Below, piece after piece: positions 57,096 to 64,000 of a DNA stretch of 64,000 nucleotides; the stretch's first letter is position 1; each line of letters starts with the position of its first letter. This stretch comes from Blastocladiella emersonii ATCC 22665 (Eukaryota; Fungi; Blastocladiomycota). Under the pieces are notes generated by a model that was given only the letters and a program-made list of their open reading frames with translations, did not search any database and was not told where the DNA came from. The stretch lies in contig JANHCV010000007.1 of assembly GCA_025594325.1 (NCBI GenBank), forward strand, positions 992,001 to 1,056,000, written 5' to 3'. The position numbers were made by a program, and so were the translations under genes.

Positions 57096-57405
57096 GGCAG
57101 GTTTTGGGCGGAGGTAGAGCGCAGATCGATGGGTGCTGCCGCGCCACAACGAGGGAGCAGGCAACGCGTGGGTGCGGCCGGGTCAGGTGAGCGTCACCCG
57201 GCCTGTTGCCACCGCGGGGCCGACGCGTTCTGAACGGGGTTGAGTCAGTTCCCTTGGTTGAGTCATGGCGCGGCGATCACGGCCGACGCGTCCGCCCGCG
57301 ATCGGGGAGCCCGCGAAGATCACGTCGAGGCGCGGCCTGGCCGTCATCACCTCTCGCTCTCCCCAGCGATCATTGACGCACCAACGCAACGTATCATCAC
57401 CAACC

Positions 57406-58254
57406 ATGCATCTCCTCGTCGTCGGCGGCACCGGCCTGATCGGCCAGAACATTGTGCGCGCCGCCGCCCTGCGCGGGTGGCACGTCACGGCCCTGAGGTA
57501 CTACTGCCCACCCACGCCCAACACCGCGCGTACCACTCACACCGCGCCCCAACGTAGCCGCAAGGGCGCGCCGTCCGCGTACCTGACGCCCGACGCGCCG
57601 CACACGTCGACGTCGCCGCCGCCGGGCTGGACGTCGAACGTGACGTGGGCGCGGGGCGACGCGCTCGACGCCTCGACGACCGCCGACCACGCGTCGCGCG
57701 CGGACGCGGTGGTGCACGCGGTCGGGATCCTGTTCCAGACGCCCGAGTACAACGCGGTGGTGAACGCGCCGACGCTCAGCTCGGCCCTCGCCGCGCTGCC
57801 GCGCGCGCTGCGCCCGCACTCGCGGCCCGTCGAGTTCGCGGACGTGCAGACGTCGATGCTGACGGAGCTCGCGGCCGCCGCCAAGGGGAAGCCCGTCGTG
57901 TACGTGTCGGCCGAGGTGTCGCCGCTCATGCGCGCCGCCGTCAACGCCGAGTACCTGCGCACCAAGCGCACCGCCGAGGACGCGCTCAACGCGCGGAACG
58001 AGAAGGGCGAGGGACGGAGTGTCGTGGTGCGCCCGGGGATCGTCGCGTCGACGCACCGCCCGCTCACGTACCCGCTCGCGCTCGGCGGGCACCTCTTGCA
58101 CGCCGTCGGGCTCGTCCCGCGCGTCCTCTCCCCCGAGACCATCGCGCAGGCTGTCGTTGGTGCTGTCGCGCGCGAGGACGTCAAGGGGATCCTGAACCCG
58201 GACGCCATCGCGGAGCTCGCGGCCGCGAGCGAGGCGGCGGCGGTGCGCGAGTAA
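57406..58254 (+). CDS. Atypical NAD(P)-binding SDR/epimerase, Coq11/NDUFA9-like, 262 aa; intron 57498-57557
   Basis: LLVVGGTGLIG, spliced VTALSRKG, WARGD, VVHAVG, VYVSA, YLRTKRTAE, VVRPG. Confidence 0.82.
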   Translation: MHLLVVGGTGLIGQNIVRAAALRGWHVTALRYYCPPTPNTARTTHTAPQRSRKGAPSAYLTPDAPHTSTSPPPGWTSNVTWARGDALDASTTADHASRADAVVHAVGILFQTPEYNAVVNAPTLSSALAALPRALRPHSRPVEFADVQTSMLTELAAAAKGKPVVYVSAEVSPLMRAAVNAEYLRTKRTAEDALNARNEKGEGRSVVVRPGIVASTHRPLTYPLALGGHLLHAVGLVPRVLSPETIAQAVVGAVAREDVKGILNPDAIAELAAASEAAAVRE

Positions 58255-58367
58255 GGTCGCCGTTGTCGCGGCCTTGAGTGTGGAACCATCACACAGAGTA
58301 ATCGTAATAAAAAAAGGACTAAGCGCGTGGTATATGTACAGGTGAACGAGTAAGGAACAACGACGGA

Positions 58368-59292
58368 TCAGAAGCGGGGCTTGCGCTTGCGGCCAGTGTA
58401 CTTGGAGTCGTTGGCCACCTTCTTGTCGCCCTTTTTGCGCATCTGCTCCTTCTTGTTAAGGATCCAGTCCTTGTCCTTGAGCCCCTTGCGCTTCTTGGGC
58501 TGCCGGTGCCGCGTCATGTCGTCGACGCGCCGGCCCTCGAAGGCCACGCCCGTCGGGCCCGCGCCGTCGTCGCCGTCGCCCGACAGACCCTGCGGCAGCG
58601 TCTGGGCCTTGCCGTCGCGCTGTCCCGCGAACAGGCACAGGTACGTCTTGCGGGCCTTGGCCGAGTTCGGGTAGTCGACGACGATCCCGCCCGTGAACCC
58701 GGACTTGAGCGCGGCCGCCGTGATCATGCTCACCTGGGTGTCGTTCTCCGGGTAGAACTGGAACACGGCGCGCGCGCCGCGCGACAGCGCCGTGTACAGC
58801 GTGCCGAAGAACCGCGTCAGCCGGCGGAACGGGTTGTTACACTTCTTGTCCGCGTTGCACAGCCACTGGATCACCGAGATCGAGATGGCTCCGTCAAAGG
58901 TGCCCGGACGGAACCCGAACCCGTGCCCAATGTCGTGCAGGAACAGGTCGCCCTCGACCTCGCGGTCATACGCCACGTCCAGCATCGCCGGCGCAATGTC
59001 GACGCCCGCCCAGTAGTGGCCCTCCTCCTCGAGCACCTCGCCCGACAGGCCCGACCCGCACCCGATGTCGAGCAGGTACCCCGGCTTGCCCTCGGGCAGA
59101 CCCAGCAGCTCGAGCGCACGGTACGTCAGACGGGCCTGCACATCGACGATACGCGAGTTCTGCGTGTACTTTTTCGCCTCCGTGTCGTTGTAGAACTAGC
59201 GGGCGAGCGGGTCAGCGGCTGTTGCATCGGGCGTGATCCATGGGAGTGGCATGTACGAGCTCCGGCGGCGCAAGATGCTCGGGACGCGACAT
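58368..59292 (-). CDS. BUD23: 18S rRNA m7G methyltransferase, 287 aa; intron 59196-59256
   Basis: Spliced MSRPEHLAPPELFYNDTEAKKYT, LLDIGCGSGLSG, FDGAISISVIQWLCNA, GFTGGIVVDYPNS, and terminal KYTGRKRKPRF. Confidence 0.97.
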
Positions 59293-60119
59293 GGTGGTTG
59301 CTTCGTGTGTAGGGTTCTCCTTCCTGGTGGTGCGATGGAGCTCGAGAGGTGAGGTGGTGAGGGAGGAGCGGCGGCGCCGTGTGTTTGGCGGTGCGTCGCG
59401 GTCACATGGTGTCACCTTACCCGTTGTCACGTTGCTCTCGACATTTTTCTTCCAGTTTTTCTTCCACGCTAGCAACTTGCTGGCTGCTCTCCCGATCCCA
59501 TCGAATGAACTTCAGTCCAACCATGAAACTATATGCAAAGATAGTCTATGCACCTTGCCTGCGACGGCGGCGGCCGTGCTCGCGCGCGCGACACGCCATC
59601 GCCTGTCCTAACCCGACATGATGATCCACCATCCAGCACATGCATCCTGTGGCCCGTAACCCCACCCGATCTCGCGTGCTAGACCGTTAGCGCCTGTCCC
59701 GCCCGTTCCCGAAGGACCGCAGCGACACGGGGAAACGCGAGTCCGCCGCGCGCACACGGAACGCGATCCGTGACCTGCTGCGGGTCGGGACCGGGGAGGC
59801 AGAGTGAAGAGCGTGTTGTTGGAACTCGAGAGCGTGGTGACTGCGGACTGGGCCGGGTGCGGGTGCTGGATCATGGATCGGTCGTGCGGGGTCAGGGTCG
59901 GGGTGGGGATTGCCGCGTGGTTGCCGTGATCGACGAAAATGCGCTGGTAGCCGAAGCGGCGGGAGATGAATGCACGAGATTGAGGAAAGGAGGGCCGTGA
60001 TTGACTTGTGAGATGACCAGATTGTGGCAGCCAGCCGAGAAGCACAGCGCTGGCTGCAGCGAGATGGCGAATCGCGATACCAGCTACGGATAAATTCCAC
60101 GCGCGCTCTTGAGAGCGAT

Positions 60120-60700
60120 CATAGCGCTGGGCAAGTTCGTTATGCGCGCAGTGAAGTAAGCAGTCTGACATCCTTGATGTTGAATGTGACGCCGTTGCAC
60201 TTCTTCCGCGACTCGTTCATCTTGTGCGACTCGATCAGGATGTGCGAGGCCTCGGTGCGCCCGCCGTTATGGCATAGGTGCGAGCACTCGGCCGCCCGGT
60301 TGCCTTGGCCGGCGCCGAGGACCTGCGACGCGTACATGTTCTTGAGCATCCGTGCGTCCAGCGAGTTGGGCCCGAACATGGGGTCGGCCTGCCCGCCGCA
60401 GGGGGTCGGCAGGTACTGCAGTTGCGCCAATTTCCCGCATCCACAGCAGGTACGATGCAGGACAGGCCCAATGAGCCGGACTTGCTGTCGCGTGGCGGGC
60501 AAGGTCTGTGCATGTGCTGCGAATCACTCGCTCGGAAGCAATTCAATGAGACCCAGCTCTTGCGCGAGCTCCCACCAACCGTGCGTGCTTGCGAGTAGCG
60601 AATCGCACCGCGAGACATAACGTAGTCGACATCGGATCGGCCGCGTGGAGCAATTGGCAATTTCACCCAGTTTCTTCTCTCAGAACCATGCTTCAATCGC
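60120..60700 (-). pseudogene. Degenerate His-Cys box (His-Me finger) endonuclease
   Basis: ECSHLCHNGGRTEASHILIESHKMNESRKKC at 60197-60289. Flanking sequence is frameshifted; the boundaries are approximate. Confidence 0.68.
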
Positions 60701-61027
60701 GCAAACCGCCTTCGTCGCGCTGGGCAGGTCGATTCAACTGCGTCGGGCGGCGCGCCTCGGCGCAGGAGCCGTGCGAGGCGTGGGGGGGTCGCCTTGGCCA
60801 TACGGCAGCATCGGCATCCTCACGATTTTGGTGTGTGGTTACATAGTAGTCTAGTAGCGGGTCGCTGCGGAGAGCGAGAGTGGATGCCGGGCATCCGGCG
60901 AGCGAAATACGCGTTGCGCCACGCCGCGACGACCTGAAACGGCACCACTCGTCCACTCGTCCACTCGTCACAGCTTGCTCTCCGTTGACGAGACTCCCCC
61001 AAGGCCAGTTTGAGCAAAAGAACCATG

Positions 61028-61717
61028 GAACCTGATGGAACTACTTCGGTCCGCCGCAGCAAGCGCCTTCGCGAGCGCCCGGTGGCAGGTCAGGCGGCAG
61101 CGGAATCTGCTGTTGCAGCTGCGAGCACCCCTCGCCCGCGCCTGCGCCCCGGGACCGGCTCCCTCACCGGTCTTCCCATTGATCGCCCCTTCTAGGGAAC
61201 AGCGTTGACGCCATCGAGGCCTACCTCGAGCGGCTGAGCACGCCTACGATGAAGCCCGAGACCGGCGAGCGAAAGACCGTCGCGCTTCACCAGATCGCGC
61301 CCCTCATTGTTGCGGCCATCGCGACTTTGGTGCGGCCCTCCTTTTGCTCATGACACTGCAGCGGGACGCCGAAAACTCACTTTGCCTTCATCTCAATAGG
61401 CGAGCACGGGTACCGCTCTCCACCTCTGAATCGACAGCAAGCTCCTCCCGCCTGTTCAGAAGCTGTACAGCGAGATGGTTTCGGCTCTTGGGAGCCGTAG
61501 CAGCGATTTCTACCAGCGATACGTCAAGGACCTGCGAACTCTGATCGACACCTTGCACCGCGGGTCCATGGCTCCGGTCGGACCGTTCGAAGGCTCCCGC
61601 GATGTGGACCGTGAGGCCGTGCCGGGACTCGCGACTGCGGTGTTTGTTGACGATGATGATGAGGACGACAAGAAACGACCAGTGGTCGCTGTGCTGGGCG
61701 ATTTCACTTATGTATGA
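61028..61717 (+). pseudogene. Degenerate hypothetical gene; probable intron 61330-61399, in-frame TGA at 61427-61429
   Basis: Coding-like segments DAIEAYLERL...IVAAIATL and ASTGTALHL*IDSKLLPPVQKLYSEMV join across a GTGCGG...ATAG intron; the 5' junction is uncertain. Confidence 0.4.
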
Positions 61718-61942
61718 TTTATGAAACCGCGTGACAAATTGGGCTACTCGTTGGGCTGATCAAATGGTTTGTTGCGGTGCCGACGCGATGCTCATCTGCA
61801 CGTGTGAGCGAAGCAAGTCAGGGGGATCCTCAAAGGACCATCGGGGGCTGACTTGCGCGCCCACGCCCACCACCGAGCCCGGGCCGAACCCTTGCTCCCC
61901 CTCCAACCGCTCACCCACCTCGCCCTGCAAATCGAATGAAAC

Positions 61943-63779
61943 ATGGACTTGTTGCAACCTAGGCTCACTGTGAGCGACATCATCGAGGCGATCCTCGTTC
62001 TTGCTGTTGGGTTTCACCCCAAAAACGACCTGCGTGGCATGGCGCCGTACCTCGGCGTGATGCCGCGCGAGCGCATCTCAAACGTGACCCGCGCCGTGCG
62101 GCGGAAATGCCCGAGCCTCAACATCGTCGATGCGACGCTGAGCGGCAACGCGAATCTCCTTGAAGTGTTGCGCGACCACGGCAGAGCTGTCTTGCAGATT
62201 GGCCACGGCGACGTGCACGAGGCCTTGAATCGCGGCTTCGACGACGTCGTCGCTTTTTGGCGCGCAAACAAGTCGGCCGTTGCACTTCCCCCCACTGCGC
62301 ACGAACGGCTGCTGGTCGCACTTGATGTAGTGCAAGACGCTCCCTTTCCAGGCAACGGAATGGCGCCAGGCGACGCAGCCATTCTCGAACTCGCCGACAG
62401 TATTGCTGAGGGCAGCGCAGCCATCGTCAACATGCGGCAAAAAGCGAATCACCCTCGACGGCATCGCCGTGCTCAACCGCGCCTTCGCCTCGCCCAAGCA
62501 GCGCGTGCTTTACGTCTCGCTCCTCTGTTGCGACCTCGACGTGGCGCGGGTGCGCGCGCTGCGCCTCCCACCGACGGTGCAACGGCTTGACTTGTCGGGC
62601 AACCGGATCGCGCAGTTCGAGCAGGTCTTGTCCGTTCTGCCCGCTTCGCTCACCGAGCTGGGCATGCGCTCGGCTGGGATCACGTCCGTCGCGATCGGCG
62701 AGCACACGACGCAGTTCCCGCCCGCCCTGAAAGCTCTCACACTAGCGTACAACCCGCTTGACGTCCAGCTGGCGGCTGCGCTCATGGACTGCCTCCCCGA
62801 GTCGTTCGAATGCCTCGACCTTGCAGGCTCATCCCACAAGAACACGCTTGCAACGCGCGCAGTCTTTGCCCGCCTTCCCGCAGGGCTCGTTTCCTTCAAG
62901 TACGAGATCAATGCGTTTTCGCTCGAGGCCGCCGAGGCGCTCGCGCTTCGCCTCACCTGTCTCCGAGGCCTGCGCACGCTGCAGCTCCACAACTGCGACA
63001 TGTTGCCCGCGAGGGCCGCCGTGGTGATTGCTGCGCTTCCCGACACGCTGGCGGAGCTGAACCTGAACGGCAACCTGGTCCACCCGCACGGCGCGTCGAG
63101 CGCGCTGGCCAGTCGCCAGTTGCCGCAGCTGACCAACCTGCAACTCGCTTCAACCCGCATGGGCGCTGCCGACTTGGAGGACCTTGCGCGTGGCATTCCC
63201 GCGACGCTCACCGATCTTGATCTCAGCGGAGATCACCCTGGTATCGCCGCTGTGCTAGACTGCTTCGTGGCGCAGGTCGCGTCGACAGCCCAGCACCTCG
63301 AAAGCCTCATGCTGCTGGGTTCTGACCTGACCGAGCTTGACGCAGTTCACTTCGCGCGCGCTCTCCCTGCCTCGATGAAGCGCATGATGCTCCACCGCGC
63401 CATCTTTGCGCCGGACGGACTCGCTTTGATGTTGCAGAACATGCCCGAAACCAACATGATCAACTTATGCTTGGGCGAAGTGACGCTGAGCCGCTCCGAC
63501 ATGGACGCGCTCGCGTCGTGGGCTCGGCGCACACCTTCGCTGCAGATTCTCGACTTGACGCGATGCGGCGTCAACAACGAGGGAATGGCAGAGCTGATCC
63601 CCGCTTTGCCCGCAGCCATGTGGATCTTGCGCATTGACGACAACCCGATCGAAGACGCGGTCGTTGATGTGTTCAAGGCGAACCGCATGCCGCGGTTGCG
63701 CACGCTTTCGGTCACGGTGAAGGGGACACGGATCAGCCCCGAAGGGCAAGCTCGGCTCAAGTCCATCTTGGGTAGCTGA
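61943..63779 (+). pseudogene. RNI-like leucine-rich-repeat protein with one +1 frameshift in the A5 run 62439-62443 (or an intact gene with a sequence error)
   Basis: Repeats LQRLDLSGN, LKALTLAYN, LAELNLNGN, LTDLDLSGD, LQILDLTRC. Deleting one A gives NMRQKRITLDG and fuses ORFs 61943 and 62403. Confidence 0.72.
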
Positions 63780-64000
63780 CCAGCGGCGAGCACACTCGCT
63801 CAATAGACGCGCCACGATTTGTGTTGATTTCTACAACGAATAGAATCTGGTGAAACGTCGAAAGTTCTATCGTTGCAACAATCGTGGATCGTCCCGCGAG
63901 AACGGGCCGTGGGCAAGACGACCACGAGGTCTGCGCTCATTTACACGTGAGTGGCGCGGCGCGTCTGATCCCCGCCCGCCTATTGCTGGGCGTGATCGAG

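Noticed and set aside
6080-61429. Reassigned genetic code (TAA/TAG as Gln or TGA as Trp) as the explanation for the in-frame stops
   Set aside because: Conserved genes end at the expected C-termini with all three stops (BUD23 and UBR1 TGA, PSD1 and SEC16 TAG, ZIP TAA), and their CDSs contain no internal stops.
59600-63779. Endogenous giant-virus fragment (nuclease plus LRR, lower GC)
   Set aside because: No viral hallmark genes (capsid, PolB, packaging ATPase) in the window, and one gene in the region appears to have a spliceosomal intron.

Overview
GC-rich, gene-dense eukaryotic DNA. Nearly all inferred introns are short GT-AG introns of about 54-80 nt, with donors mostly GTACG/GTGCG and often a CTGAC/CTAAC branch site. 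Flagellum-associated genes (CFAP410, a C11orf65-like IQ protein, a NEK kinase) sit among fungal-type genes, which suggests a zoosporic fungus, probably Blastocladiomycota (inference, no database search run). Conserved genes: UBR1 (3' part), NEK kinase, C11orf65-like, a very long SEC16, CFAP410, PSD1, a CDC48/AFG2-clade AAA+ ATPase, a USP30/Ubp16-like protease, a LIV-1 ZIP transporter, a GPI-type 8-Cys protein, a RING-H2 protein, COQ11-like SDR and BUD23. Between them are visibly lower-GC islands of lineage-specific paralogs, many broken by single stops or 1-nt indels. Main observations: (1) an apparently intact 3,253-bp PIF/Harbinger transposon (TTA TSD, 15-bp TIRs, both ORFs open) inserted 70 bp upstream of one of three related unusual zinc-finger genes that share intron positions; (2) a type II AAA+ ATPase with Gln replacing the catalytic Walker B Glu in both rings; (3) a decayed, free-standing His-Cys box (I-PpoI-like) endonuclease; (4) SEC16 with six NPF motifs and a zinc ribbon. 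No rRNA, tRNA or CRISPR array was recognised. All gene models were spliced by hand; for most intact spliced models the length was confirmed divisible by 3.
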